Counted from the first letter of the stretch, positions 17,852 to 27,907 are shown. The stretch: 64,000 nt of DNA from Minisyncoccota bacterium (GCA_965222715.1 OZ244961.1:76609-140608), one strand, 5' to 3'. The notes: generated from the letters alone by a model not told the origin. Translations and numbers: made by a program.

Positions 17852-19867
17852 ATGGATATATTTGGTAACAAACGTGCACCTAAAAAGACTCCTAAAAAAA
17901 GTGCACCTCAGAAGAAACATACTCAAGATAAGAAGCAAGGGGGTGGACCTGAGATGCCTAAGCTTCCTGAAAAACAACAGTTCTGGGCAAACCTACTCAG
18001 TACACTTTTGATTTTTTTGATTTTGGTAAGCGCTTACTCCTTTATTGTTAGCGAGCGAGAAGAAACAGAAGAAATCCCTATTTCTCAAATTGCACAAGAC
18101 ATAGAAGCAGGAATTGTGAGTAGTATTGTTGTCTCTGGTGAAGATCTTGAGATTACGTACCTGCCTCAAGAAAATGAAGAAGGTCAAGCTAGTGAGGAGG
18201 TAGTAAAAGAATCTAAGAAAGAAGCAGGTACTGCGCTCACCGAGACCCTTGCTAACTATGGGGTGACCCGCGAACAACTTGCTGAAGTACGTATTGAGGT
18301 GAAAAACCCAAGTGGTTTTCGTTTCTGGTTCTTTACCCTTGCACCATTCTTACTCCCACTCCTTCTCATCGTTTTCTTTATCTGGTTTCTTTCAAGGCAA
18401 GTAAAAGGTGCTGGTATGCAAGCGTTTTCATTTGGTCAATCAAAGGCACGCATTATTGATCCAAATGATCAGACACAACGAGTTACCTTTAAAGATGTTG
18501 CAGGCGCAAAAGAAGCAAAAGAAGAATTAACTGAAATTGTTGATTTCCTTAAGAATCCGAAAAAGTTCCTCACTATTGGTGCACGTATTCCAAAAGGAAT
18601 TGTGCTCATGGGCTCACCTGGTACAGGAAAGACACTTCTCGCACGAGCGGTTGCTGGTGAGGCGGGAGTACCATTTTTCTCAATCTCTGGTTCAGAGTTT
18701 GTTGAGATGTTTGTCGGTGTTGGTGCAAGTCGTGTGCGTGACCTCTTTAAACTTGCGAAGAAAGCAGCACCCGCAATCATCTTTGTTGATGAAATTGATG
18801 CGGTTGGGCGTGTGCGTGGTACTGGCGTTGGTGGTGGAAATGATGAACGTGAGCAGACACTCAACCAAATTCTTGTTGAGATGGATGGCTTTGAGCCAAA
18901 TGAAAAGGTGATTGTGATGGCAGCAACAAACCGACCAGATGTACTTGACCCAGCACTCCTTCGCCCGGGCCGATTTGATCGACGAGTGACCATTGACCTT
19001 CCAGACCGTGGAGACCGAGAAGCAATACTTGGTATTCATGCACGCAAGAAACCACTTCATGACGACGTTGATCTTAAGGTGATCGCAGAGCGTACTCCTG
19101 GTTTTTCTGGTGCTGACCTCTACTCACTTATGAACGAGGGCGCAATTCTCGCAGCACGAGAGAATCGTAAAAAGGTAACCCAGTATGACCTCATTCGAGC
19201 AATTGAGAAAGTGATGCTTGGTCCAGAGCGAAAGAGTCACGTCTTGAATAAAAAAGAAAAAGAAATTACTGCATATCACGAAGCAGGGCATGCATTGGTT
19301 TCAAGTGTGTTGCCGTACGCTGACCCAGTACACAAGATTTCAATCATTTCCCGTGGTCGCGCTGCCGGGTATACGCTGAAGCTTCCATTTGAGGATAGAA
19401 AGATGCAATCAAAGAAAGAATTCCTTGATGACATTGCGACAACACTTGGTGGCTACATTGCTGAGCAAATGATATTTGATGATGTGACCACTGGTCCGTC
19501 AAATGATCTCCAGGTTCTTACTGCGCTTGCACGAAATATGGTCACAAAATATGGTATGTCAGACAAGATTGGCCCTGTCGCGCTTGAAGGTGAAAGCGGT
19601 CGCGCACTCCTTGGTACGGGTCTTGATGGGAAAGAATACTCAGAGAAAATATCTGCTGAAATTGATGCCGAGGTACATAAAATTATTAATGATGCATATA
19701 CAAAAGCAGAAAATATTCTCACAGAACATCGAGGTGCACTGGACGCAATCGCTAAAAAATTAATTGAAGTAGAAACACTTGAGCGAGAAGAGTTTGAACA
19801 ACTCCTTATTGCAAACCGTATTACTCCAAAACAAAAAGAAGACATTGAACACAGCGACACTGTCTAA
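17852..19867 (+). CDS. ftsH: ATP-dependent zinc metalloprotease FtsH
   Basis: Two TMs, [22 protein letters not shown]; start 17840 or 17852. Confidence 0.97.
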   Translation: MDIFGNKRAPKKTPKKSAPQKKHTQDKKQGGGPEMPKLPEKQQFWANLLSTLLIFLILVSAYSFIVSEREETEEIPISQIAQDIEAGIVSSIVVSGEDLEITYLPQENEEGQASEEVVKESKKEAGTALTETLANYGVTREQLAEVRIEVKNPSGFRFWFFTLAPFLLPLLLIVFFIWFLSRQVKGAGMQAFSFGQSKARIIDPNDQTQRVTFKDVAGAKEAKEELTEIVDFLKNPKKFLTIGARIPKGIVLMGSPGTGKTLLARAVAGEAGVPFFSISGSEFVEMFVGVGASRVRDLFKLAKKAAPAIIFVDEIDAVGRVRGTGVGGGNDEREQTLNQILVEMDGFEPNEKVIVMAATNRPDVLDPALLRPGRFDRRVTIDLPDRGDREAILGIHARKKPLHDDVDLKVIAERTPGFSGADLYSLMNEGAILAARENRKKVTQYDLIRAIEKVMLGPERKSHVLNKKEKEITAYHEAGHALVSSVLPYADPVHKISIISRGRAAGYTLKLPFEDRKMQSKKEFLDDIATTLGGYIAEQMIFDDVTTGPSNDLQVLTALARNMVTKYGMSDKIGPVALEGESGRALLGTGLDGKEYSEKISAEIDAEVHKIINDAYTKAENILTEHRGALDAIAKKLIEVETLEREEFEQLLIANRITPKQKEDIEHSDTV

Positions 19868-19904
19868 AGAATTTTGTACCTAGTACCTGTCTATAAAAAA
19901 ATCA

Positions 19905-19930
19905 CCCGTTCGGTCTTAAGACCGAACGGG
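19905..19930. terminator. Palindromic terminator between convergent ftsH and pyrC
   Basis: CCCGTTCGGTCTTAAGACCGAACGGG. Confidence 0.7.
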
Positions 19931-19943
19931 CTTTGATATTCCT

Positions 19944-21005
19944 TCACACAGCAGCGACAGGTACGTCAGTTACTTTCCAGGGAATGATTTCACCCCCTCG
20001 GAACACCTGTATGTCTTCACCTTTGCAGGGGAGTGACACGGGCACTTCTCGTTTCTGGCGAGAAAGGGTAACCGTCCTTTCGTTAAGTGGAAGGCCGTAG
20101 AAACGGGCGCCATGCTCTGACACGAAACCTTCGAGTTGGTGAAGTACACCAGCAGAATCGAAGATCTCCGCATACGTCTGAAGTGCAGTGGGGGCACAGA
20201 AGATGCCAGCGCACCCGCAACTTGCCTCCTTCTTGCTTCGCAGGTGCGGCGCCGAGTCCGTTCCTGCAAAAAAGCACGGCATACCAGAGATTGCAGCCTG
20301 GACCAGAGCCTCCTTGTGCCACTTTCTTTTGGCGATAGGGAGGCAGTAGCGGTGTGGCTGAATACCGCCTTCGAAGATATCATTCCGGTCGATCACGAGG
20401 TGATGAGGGGTGATCGTCGCTGCGACAGACCGATCTTTTCTGTGCATTTCTTGCACAAATCGCACCCCTTCCCTGGTGGTAATGTGTTCGAGCACCACCT
20501 TGAGGAAACGGAATTGCTCCAGAAGCGGACGCAGTGTTCTCTCAATGAACACCGCCTCACGGTCGAATATGTCGACATCGGTGACCTCTCCGTGGATGAG
20601 GAGCGGCATGCCGACATCTTCCATCGCCCTGATGACTGGATACACCTTTTCGATTGAGGTGACCCCGAAATCTGAGTTGGTTGTCGCACCCTGCGGGTAG
20701 AGCTTGACCGCGGTTATGACACCGCTTTCTTTACCCTCCTTGATTTGCTTGGGGTCGGTGTTGTCGGTCAGGTAGAGCGTCATCAGCGGTGTGAAATGCG
20801 GATTCCCAGCCGCCGCCATGATTCGGTCTCGATAGGCGAGAGCCATCTCAACCGTCGTGACCGGCGGTACAAGGTTCGGCATGATGATCGCCCGAGCCCA
20901 CACATTCGATGTGTGAGAAAGGACTGCTTTGAGTACCTCACCATCACGTACGTGAAGGTGCCAGTCGTCTGGTTGACGAATGGTAATACTGTCTTGAGTT
21001 CCCAC
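19944..21005 (-). CDS. pyrC: Dihydroorotase (homodimeric, E. coli-type)
   Basis: PDDWHLHVRDG, KLYPQGATTNS, HGE, EHITT, GTDSAPH. Confidence 0.96.
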   Translation of the reverse strand: MGTQDSITIRQPDDWHLHVRDGEVLKAVLSHTSNVWARAIIMPNLVPPVTTVEMALAYRDRIMAAAGNPHFTPLMTLYLTDNTDPKQIKEGKESGVITAVKLYPQGATTNSDFGVTSIEKVYPVIRAMEDVGMPLLIHGEVTDVDIFDREAVFIERTLRPLLEQFRFLKVVLEHITTREGVRFVQEMHRKDRSVAATITPHHLVIDRNDIFEGGIQPHRYCLPIAKRKWHKEALVQAAISGMPCFFAGTDSAPHLRSKKEASCGCAGIFCAPTALQTYAEIFDSAGVLHQLEGFVSEHGARFYGLPLNERTVTLSRQKREVPVSLPCKGEDIQVFRGGEIIPWKVTDVPVAAV

Positions 21006-21149
21006 GATTTCCTCCTGTGGTTATGTGTAGAACCTAGTTAGTCTAGGCAGAGTATACGCACCTCTTTTTTGAATGTAAAGGAAGGTACCATATAGCTGAA
21101 AAAGAAATACCGCCACCTGTAGAGATCTACATGTGGCGGCAGGGGTGCA

Positions 21150-22088
21150 TCAAGCGGCGCTCGTGTCTTCGGAAAGATCAGAAAACCACTGTTCAGCATC
21201 ATCTAGAGCAACAAGTTCTTCCATGAACCCTTGGAAGGCGCGGAAGTTTTCGTTCCAGAAGAACGCAGTACCGATCTGCACACCTTCACACCCAAGTTCG
21301 AGGCGTTCCAGTATTCGTGAACCAGAGTTAATTCCTCCGGCACCGATGACTGCGATCGAGTCTGGGAGTAGTTTTCGAAACACCGTCGCCTCTTCATGTG
21401 CGATTGTGTAGAGACCTTCACCGCTCATACCACCGAAGCCATCGGTCACACCGAGAATCGGTTTCCCCGAGTCATCCAGCGGCTTGAACTTGGGTTTTGT
21501 GTTGCAGCAGACAACCGCGTGAAGAGAACCGTCAAATTCTTGTATGGTTGACGCGACCTGCTTTCGAAGTTCAGCGTCGTGATCATATGTCGAGAGCTTT
21601 GCTCGAATGGACGTATGCCTCCTGCATACGAGAATCACGTTGGCGAGGGCAGTCCGTAGCGTCTTGGTGTCCCAGGCGAAGATGGGTTTTTGCGCACCAT
21701 CGTCCCAGATGTTGGGGCATCCAAGATTGACCTCGATGCCGTCGACATCATACCCAGTGGCGACTTCAGCCAGCGTTCGAAACTCAGCCGGGTTGAACCC
21801 CCCGATATTGACGATGAGTTTCTTTCCAGCCGAGTGCGCAATCACAACCATCTCTGGTAAGTGTCTCTCGAGGTACGGTATACCGCCGTTTGGCATACCA
21901 AGCGAGTTCACACCTGTGCCATCAGGAAGCGTGGCAAAGTTGGTCCCTCCGAGATTGCCTTCCCGGGGTTCAACAGTAAACGAGCCAACGACGATTTCAG
22001 TCAGGTACGGCACCTCAGCGAGTTGCCGAACATGTTCGACTGTTTTCGCCCAGCCGGCTGCGTTTGAAAGTGAAAAATGGGGTTTCAT
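21150..22088 (-). CDS. pyrD: Dihydroorotate dehydrogenase, class 1 (probably 1A)
   Basis: NAAG, NSLGMPNGG, EVNLGCPN, GGMSG, GAGGI, VQIGTA; next to pyrC, no pyrK. Confidence 0.88.
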   Translation of the reverse strand: MKPHFSLSNAAGWAKTVEHVRQLAEVPYLTEIVVGSFTVEPREGNLGGTNFATLPDGTGVNSLGMPNGGIPYLERHLPEMVVIAHSAGKKLIVNIGGFNPAEFRTLAEVATGYDVDGIEVNLGCPNIWDDGAQKPIFAWDTKTLRTALANVILVCRRHTSIRAKLSTYDHDAELRKQVASTIQEFDGSLHAVVCCNTKPKFKPLDDSGKPILGVTDGFGGMSGEGLYTIAHEEATVFRKLLPDSIAVIGAGGINSGSRILERLELGCEGVQIGTAFFWNENFRAFQGFMEELVALDDAEQWFSDLSEDTSAA

Positions 22089-22202
22089 TGGTCACCTCAT
22101 TGGTTTGAGTTTCATGTAAAGAGCGTACGGCTATCAGCATCCTAGTTGAATTACTCTAGGAAGTCAAAAGAGTACTAAGAAACAGGGAGACCCTAGCTTT
22201 TG

Positions 22203-23009
22203 CTAGGGTCTGGTTAGGTTGAGTCGGATCGCTTGAGGTAAGTGGTCGGATCCAAACTGGTGAGGGCATACAACTGCTTCTGAGGCGTGATGTATTTCTC
22301 TTGAAACAAGGATTTTATCAAGAGATAATCCAGAGTCTGGATGGGTCACCCCGTCGCCAGAGACATCACATAGACCTTTCTTCTCGACGATTCGTGCGAA
22401 TATCTTCAACTCCCTTTGCTGAATCATCTCCTGTATTGAGTAGCGACTATAGATTCGACGCAACAGATATGCAGGAAGATGTCGAACAAGTGGAGTTGTG
22501 GTGACATTAAAATCACCGCAAATAATCGTTAAACCGTCGTGTTCAAGATGGTGTCTCACTGCACGTCTAAACTGCCTTAACTTGTTTTTCTCGGTTTCTG
22601 CGCATGCAACGTGTAGGTTGATAATCCTGAAAAGGGTGCCGTGTATCTCAACATCCACGCCTTGATGTTCAACACACTCTTGCCAACCCCTTACCCGAGC
22701 GAGCAGCGTTCGTTTGCCTGTTGATTTATGCGTGTGCCGTATTTCTCCTAAGAAAGGCACCCGAGAAAGAATCATAAGGTACGATCTTTTTTGGGTGTGT
22801 AGACCTAATAGGCCATTTGAAAAATGATCCACGGCGCTCGATTGGTGTGGGTATTCGTTGCTCAGGTTTATTTCAAGGTGTTGCCTCAACTCTTCAGGAA
22901 CCTCTTGTAAACAGATGATATCTGGCTTCTGAAACGCAACAAGTCTTTTGATCCTTTCTGGGTCCCGGTTGTCGCAGTCCACGTTAAAGGACACAATAAC
23001 AAAGGTCAT
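22203..23009 (-). CDS. Endonuclease/exonuclease/phosphatase family protein
   Basis: SFNV, DIICLQEV, NLH, GDFN, LDKI, GSDH motifs. Confidence 0.9.
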   Translation of the reverse strand: MTFVIVSFNVDCDNRDPERIKRLVAFQKPDIICLQEVPEELRQHLEINLSNEYPHQSSAVDHFSNGLLGLHTQKRSYLMILSRVPFLGEIRHTHKSTGKRTLLARVRGWQECVEHQGVDVEIHGTLFRIINLHVACAETEKNKLRQFRRAVRHHLEHDGLTIICGDFNVTTTPLVRHLPAYLLRRIYSRYSIQEMIQQRELKIFARIVEKKGLCDVSGDGVTHPDSGLSLDKILVSREIHHASEAVVCPHQFGSDHLPQAIRLNLTRP

Positions 23010-23112
23010 GTTGATCTCCCCTCATATGTACAGTTTAATTTTCTATAGAAGACTTTAGCATGTTTAGTGTACGCTTTAAAGAAATATAACTTTACGGTAT
23101 AGTTTTTAAATT

Positions 23113-23186
23113 CCACCCTTAGCTCAGTTGGTTAGAGCACAGAGCTTATATCTCTGCGGTCCCAGGTTCGAATCCTGGAGGGTGGA
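23113..23186 (+). tRNA. tRNA-Ile(UAU)
   Basis: Acceptor CCACCCT/AGGGTGG; anticodon arm CAGAG-CT-TAT-AT-CTCTG; T-loop TTCGAAT. Confidence 0.9.
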
Positions 23187-23193
23187 CTAGGTG

Positions 23194-25365
23194 TTATTCA
23201 AAGTGTAGGTTTTGTTCTTTTTCCTCAGTTTTCTTAAGGAGGAGTGGATGCTCTTCAAGTGTTGGGTCACTCTCGACAAGTTGTTGTGCTTCTTTGCGGG
23301 CAGCTTCAACCATCTTTACATTCTTGATTGCTTCCATACCGATATCTGAAAGTCCCCACTGTTTTTTGCCGTAGAGCTCACCAGTACCGCGGAGGGTCAG
23401 ATCAAACTCAGCAAGTTCAAATCCATTTTTTGCAGTTGAGAGCGCCTTCAGTCGCTCGGTTGTTTGCTTTGCAGTACTGTCTGAGAAAACAAAACAGAAT
23501 GCTTGGTGATTACTTCGTATGACACGTCCGCGTAACTGATGTAGTTGTGCAAGGCCGAACCGCTCGGCGCCTTCAATCACAATCACGGTTGCGTTTGGCA
23601 CGTTCACACCAACTTCAACAACAGATGTTGCAACAAGAATGTCTATTCTATGTTCTGCAAAATCATTCATCACCTCTTCTTTTTGTGCAGGGGTAAGTTT
23701 ACTGTGAAGAATGCCAATGGTGTAGTCAGGGAAGACCTCCTCCTGCAGTCGCTTAGCTTCTTCGTTTACCGATTTTGCTTGTATTGCTTTTTGTTTCTTT
23801 GGATCTGGCTCATCAATGCGTGGGCAAATCACGTAGGCTTGGCGACCGTCTTCTAACTCTTTTCTAATTTTTTCATACGTTTTTTCACGATCCTTGGGAA
23901 GCACTATCTCAGTAATGATCGGTTTTCGCCCAACCGGCATCTGGTCAAGTAAGGTAAGGTCGAGGTCACCGTAAATGGTGAGCGCGAGTGTTCGGGGGAT
24001 TGGTGTTGCGGTCATTGAGAGAAGGTGTGGTGCAAATTGATCTTTGCGTAAAAGTTTCTGGCGCTGAATAGTACCGAAACGATGTTGTTCGTCGATAATG
24101 ACATACGCGAGATTTTTGAATTCAACAGTTTTTTGAATCAGTGCGTGAGTTCCAATGAGGATTGGGATCTCTCCATTTGTGATCCACTTCAATAATTGCG
24201 TGCGAGAAATATCAGTTGGCTCTTCTGGATTCACCTTTGAAGGAAATTTTTTACATCCACTTGAGGTAATGAGCCCAATCTGGACTGGCATGTGCTTAAA
24301 GTATTCAATAAAGGAGGCAAAGTGCTGCTTTGCGAGAATTTCTGTCGGCACCATGTACGCTGTCTGTAGTGCGCCGAAGTCCTGGTTTGGAGGTCGTGAG
24401 GTCGTGACCGCATACACTGTCGCCGCAGCGACTGCGGTTTTTCCAGAACCCACATCTCCTTCAAGAAGGCGAGACATTGGATGCTCTTTAGTAAAGTCAG
24501 TGGTAATGTCAGTGATTGCCTTGTGTTGAGACTCAGTCGGCTTAAAGGGAAAACGATTCACAAACTCATCAATTCTCTTTTGTTCCACTGTGACCCTAAG
24601 CGCGTTTCGTTCACTATTCTCATGTCGTTCTTTTTGTTGAAGAAGTTGAATATAGAAGACTTCATTAAATGCAAAACGTTTTCGTGCAGAGAGACTGTCT
24701 TTTGCTTTCTGTGGTGTGTGAATCCATACGAGAGCGCTTTTTAAAGAGGGAAGATTATATCGCTCAAGAATTTGTTGCGGTACAGGGTCTACTACTGAGT
24801 CCAAGATTCCATTTTCAAAGATGCGTTTCAGTGCGTGGTAAAACCACTTTGAAGTGATTCCTTTACTCTCTGGGTAGAATGGATAAAAAAGCACCTCTGA
24901 AGTACCTTCTCCTTTAAAAAGAGGAGCATTTACATCTGTGGGGATACTATCAACCCGCTCAATCTCTGGGTTGGCAATATAGAGACTCTTACTATCGCCA
25001 GTGACTTTCCCTGAGAGCTTTACAAGCGCATCGCTCGGGTACATCTTCGCAATGTACGGCTGGTTAAACCAAATAATTTTTATACTGCCTGAGTCGTCAA
25101 TAAGTTGCCCTTCAGAGATTGGAGTTCGCGAGCGGAATGACTTTTTTGTTTTTAGGTTTGAAAGTTTGCCGTAGAGAATTGCGCTACTGTTTTCTTTTGC
25201 ATCTTTCTTGAGGTCAGTAACTCGTTTAATATCTGAAATATTTTCGTACCGAGTAGGGAAGTGATAGAGCAGTGATTCAATGGTCTCAAGTCGTAATCGC
25301 TTCAGTGCTTTTTTCTGTGTCTCAAGAAGTCGGAAATGTTTCTCAATTGGGTCACTCAGTTGCAT
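23194..25365 (-). CDS. recG: ATP-dependent DNA helicase RecG
   Basis: LLEGDVGSGKT, DEQHRFG, MTATPIPRTL, QLRGRV. Confidence 0.96.
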   Translation of the reverse strand: MQLSDPIEKHFRLLETQKKALKRLRLETIESLLYHFPTRYENISDIKRVTDLKKDAKENSSAILYGKLSNLKTKKSFRSRTPISEGQLIDDSGSIKIIWFNQPYIAKMYPSDALVKLSGKVTGDSKSLYIANPEIERVDSIPTDVNAPLFKGEGTSEVLFYPFYPESKGITSKWFYHALKRIFENGILDSVVDPVPQQILERYNLPSLKSALVWIHTPQKAKDSLSARKRFAFNEVFYIQLLQQKERHENSERNALRVTVEQKRIDEFVNRFPFKPTESQHKAITDITTDFTKEHPMSRLLEGDVGSGKTAVAAATVYAVTTSRPPNQDFGALQTAYMVPTEILAKQHFASFIEYFKHMPVQIGLITSSGCKKFPSKVNPEEPTDISRTQLLKWITNGEIPILIGTHALIQKTVEFKNLAYVIIDEQHRFGTIQRQKLLRKDQFAPHLLSMTATPIPRTLALTIYGDLDLTLLDQMPVGRKPIITEIVLPKDREKTYEKIRKELEDGRQAYVICPRIDEPDPKKQKAIQAKSVNEEAKRLQEEVFPDYTIGILHSKLTPAQKEEVMNDFAEHRIDILVATSVVEVGVNVPNATVIVIEGAERFGLAQLHQLRGRVIRSNHQAFCFVFSDSTAKQTTERLKALSTAKNGFELAEFDLTLRGTGELYGKKQWGLSDIGMEAIKNVKMVEAARKEAQQLVESDPTLEEHPLLLKKTEEKEQNLHFE

Positions 25366-25423
25366 TAGCGTCTAGTATATCAAAAAGAAGACCACCCGAA
25401 GGAAGTCTTCTCTAAGGCGGTCG

Positions 25424-25675
25424 TTATTGTGTCTTGTTTTGTAGAGGGGTGAGCGAAGGGAATTTGTGAAAACTCCACCCCAGGTCGTAGTTACCCGGGT
25501 AGATCGCTCTGATGTTGTTGACGTGGTTCCGCATCTCCTCACTTCGTGCGCGCCACCCGTCCGGAGTGACTTGAAACACATGCGAGAGGACAATCTCCTC
25601 TCCTGAATACTCGTAGTCCTTGCAACAGAACGTGTCACCGTTCTTGAATGCCACAAAAAATGAAAAATCGCTCAT
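25424..25675 (-). CDS. Small hypothetical protein (83 aa)
   Basis: SD AAGGAGGTG upstream; hairpin downstream. Confidence 0.6.
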   Translation of the reverse strand: MSDFSFFVAFKNGDTFCCKDYEYSGEEIVLSHVFQVTPDGWRARSEEMRNHVNNIRAIYPGNYDLGWSFHKFPSLTPLQNKTQ

Positions 25676-25701
25676 TGTGACACCTCCTTTCCTATACTTA
25701 T

Positions 25702-26082
25702 TTAAACAGTATTTTCTTTCTTTGTCAATCCGTGCTTTGCATTAAGCGCAAGGATGAGTGCCATGATGAGAATAGGTACATCACGGAAGAGGACATCCAT
25801 TTGTGAGAGGTTGAAGATAATAATGCCGAGAAGCATTACTGTTGCAACAATACTTGGAATAAAAATCTTTTTCCCTGAGAGAATCCAAAGTCCAACAATA
25901 ATTTCAATAACACCAAAGATGTGAAGTAGAAGCATTACATCAATACCACTATCAAGAAGAAAGGTGGGGAAGTATCCAACCCAGGCGAACGGAGTAAACC
26001 ATGCAGAGATTGCTGGGTAGAGAAACGCGAAGGCAACTCCAACACGGAGTAATAGGTCAGTATAGCTTTCTTTTGAGAACAT
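25702..26082 (-). CDS. DoxX-like membrane protein
   Basis: LLLRVGVAFAFL, EIIVGLWIL, FRD pattern; 4 TMs. Confidence 0.75.
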   Translation of the reverse strand: MFSKESYTDLLLRVGVAFAFLYPAISAWFTPFAWVGYFPTFLLDSGIDVMLLLHIFGVIEIIVGLWILSGKKIFIPSIVATVMLLGIIIFNLSQMDVLFRDVPILIMALILALNAKHGLTKKENTV

Positions 26083-26096
26083 GTTCTTTTATTAGA

Positions 26097-26648
26097 TTAT
26101 TCTACAACCACGGTGCCACGCTTTGAAGCACGTACGTGATTGTGATACCCCCACTCACCAGCTTGGGTAAAGGTGAATTCCCATGACTCACCGTTATTGT
26201 TCACGCCACATTGATCAAATGCACTACCAAGACAATCATTCGTTGTTTTCTCTGAGTAGAGCGAGTGTGTTGGGTGAATGTCTGAACCAACCCACATACG
26301 TCCTCCGCTTTCATTAACAAATCGCACCGTGTCACCTTGTGTGATAGTAACTGTCTCGGGTGAGAATCCGTCATCAGTGTAAGTTACTACCGTTACCGCA
26401 TCAGAAGCGCTACTGGTTTGAGTTCCAGTATCTCCTTGTGAAGAAGGTGATTCATCAAATTCTGGTTCAAGACCTTCGGTATCATTAAAGTTTTCTGGTG
26501 CTTCTCCTTCAAGAAATGTTCCTGAAGCACCATTCTGGTTTGTATCGAGACCTCCAGTATCACTTGGTGCTTCCGCTCGATTAAAGAAGAAGAACGCACC
26601 GCCAATAATAATGATAATAAGGATGATTATGCTTGCTGTGTATTTCAT
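26097..26648 (-). CDS. Membrane-anchored cupredoxin-fold protein
   Basis: N-terminal TM; FSPETVTITQGDTVRFVN, HPTH, GEWGYHNH. Confidence 0.8.
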   Translation of the reverse strand: MKYTASIIILIIIIIGGAFFFFNRAEAPSDTGGLDTNQNGASGTFLEGEAPENFNDTEGLEPEFDESPSSQGDTGTQTSSASDAVTVVTYTDDGFSPETVTITQGDTVRFVNESGGRMWVGSDIHPTHSLYSEKTTNDCLGSAFDQCGVNNNGESWEFTFTQAGEWGYHNHVRASKRGTVVVE

Positions 26649-26713
26649 ATGCTTTGTAGTATACCCCTACACTATATTTTCTACAAAATAGTATATGTGC
26701 ATGGCATACACAG

Positions 26714-26739
26714 AAACGCCAAGAGTACTCTTGGCGTTT
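26714..26739. repeat. Perfect copy of the 26-bp palindrome family
   Basis: AAACGCCAAGAGTACTCTTGGCGTTT. Confidence 0.75.
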
Positions 26740-26816
26740 ATTTCAGCTAAGAATAATGGTATCCTGGTGTAACTTGGAGACCTTTCTAAGGTAGATAGGT
26801 AGCCCAAATTGAATAT

Positions 26817-26870
26817 TGGAGACGTGGCTGAGTGGTCCAAAAATGAAAAACAGACGCCTCAGTGCTTTCG
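26817..26870 (+). pseudogene. Decayed 5' duplicate of tRNA-Ser
   Basis: 21 nt identical to the tRNA-Ser 5' end, plus CGCCTCAGTGCT resembling its anticodon arm. Confidence 0.65.
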
Positions 26871-26913
26871 TCCCGTCCCGTATGACGTTAAACTGCCTAA
26901 TTAAATATAGAAT

Positions 26914-27000
26914 GGAGACGTGGCTGAGTGGTCGAAAGCGCCTCACTGCTAACGAGGTAGGGGTTTACACCCCTCGTGGGTTCGAATCCCACCGTCTCCG
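26914..27000 (+). tRNA. tRNA-Ser(GCU)
   Basis: Acceptor GGAGACG/CGTCTCC, anticodon GCT, long variable arm, G73. Confidence 0.95.
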
Positions 27001-27174
27001 CAATACCAAAAAACGCCAAGATAGCTTTGGCGTTTTTTGGTATAGTGGAAAACAGTTGGGGGGTTCGAAAGCCGGAGCGATGCGCGAGTTTGCGAAGCAA
27101 GGCGAGTGCCGCGAGGCGGGGTCGCGAAAAATTTCCGTCAGGAAATTTATTTGTGACCGAATCCCACCGTCTCC
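27001..27174. repeat. tRNA-associated structured element ending in a 17-bp duplicate of the tRNA 3' end
   Basis: CGAATCCCACCGTCTCC at 26983-26999 and 27158-27174; core GAAAGCCGGAGCGA resembles 44846-44859. Confidence 0.7.
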
Positions 27175-27190
27175 AATAATCCAAAAATCT

Positions 27191-27907
27191 ATGCACACAT
27201 ATCTTTTTTATGGAAAAATATTACCTGAGCGTGCGCAACTTTCTCTTGAATTTACAATTAATTTTTATCACCCAACAACAAAAAATAAAGGGAATGCAGA
27301 AATAAGTATTGTACTTAATCAGATGGCAACTTCAGTTTATACAGATGATGAATGGAACATTTTTGATTTAAGAAATGTCGTAAAAAATATTATACAAAGT
27401 AATTTGGCAATGATAGGTTATCTTAAGGGCTTTGCTTATGATTTAGAGATAACAAGAGTATTGAATCCTAAACTTAAAATAAATTATGTTTTTGGTATAG
27501 ACATACCAGTTATTGCTGAAAATCGAGAGTCTATAAATATAAAAAAAGAATTAGAGTCTCTTCGAAAGAAAACCCATGGAGAAGCTGGTGTATTTCTTAA
27601 TCGTTGTTTTAAGGATTTTATGTCTGCAATGAAAAATGCAGAGGACACAGGTTTTTATTGTTACAGATCTTTGGAGTCCCTACGTCTTCATTGTGCTCAT
27701 ACAAGTGGATTAATTGATCAAAAAAAAGAAGCACAATGGAATAAATTCAGAGAGATTTCTCAAGTTTCTGAGAATAAACTCCGTGAAATAGAAGTGACTG
27801 CGAGAGGTGTGCGCCATGGAGAAATGGCAAATATAACAGATAGTGATCGTGCGCAAATTTTAAAAAATACCTGGGATATAATCGAGAGTTATATTAAAAG
27901 AATTTAA
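27191..27907 (+). CDS. Hypothetical protein (238 aa), possible HEPN-like C-terminus
   Basis: True start inferred at ATG 27191; AT-rich; YRSLESL and RGVRHG motifs. Confidence 0.65.
   Translation: MHTYLFYGKILPERAQLSLEFTINFYHPTTKNKGNAEISIVLNQMATSVYTDDEWNIFDLRNVVKNIIQSNLAMIGYLKGFAYDLEITRVLNPKLKINYVFGIDIPVIAENRESINIKKELESLRKKTHGEAGVFLNRCFKDFMSAMKNAEDTGFYCYRSLESLRLHCAHTSGLIDQKKEAQWNKFREISQVSENKLREIEVTARGVRHGEMANITDSDRAQILKNTWDIIESYIKRI

Noticed and set aside
19970-22119. Many overlapping ORFs within pyrC and pyrD
   Set aside because: Shadow frames expected in GC-richer coding DNA
26816-27190. N-terminal part of the 363-aa ORF with repeated METWLSG
   Set aside because: Artefact of reading through tRNA-Ser and its duplicate; the likely start is 27191
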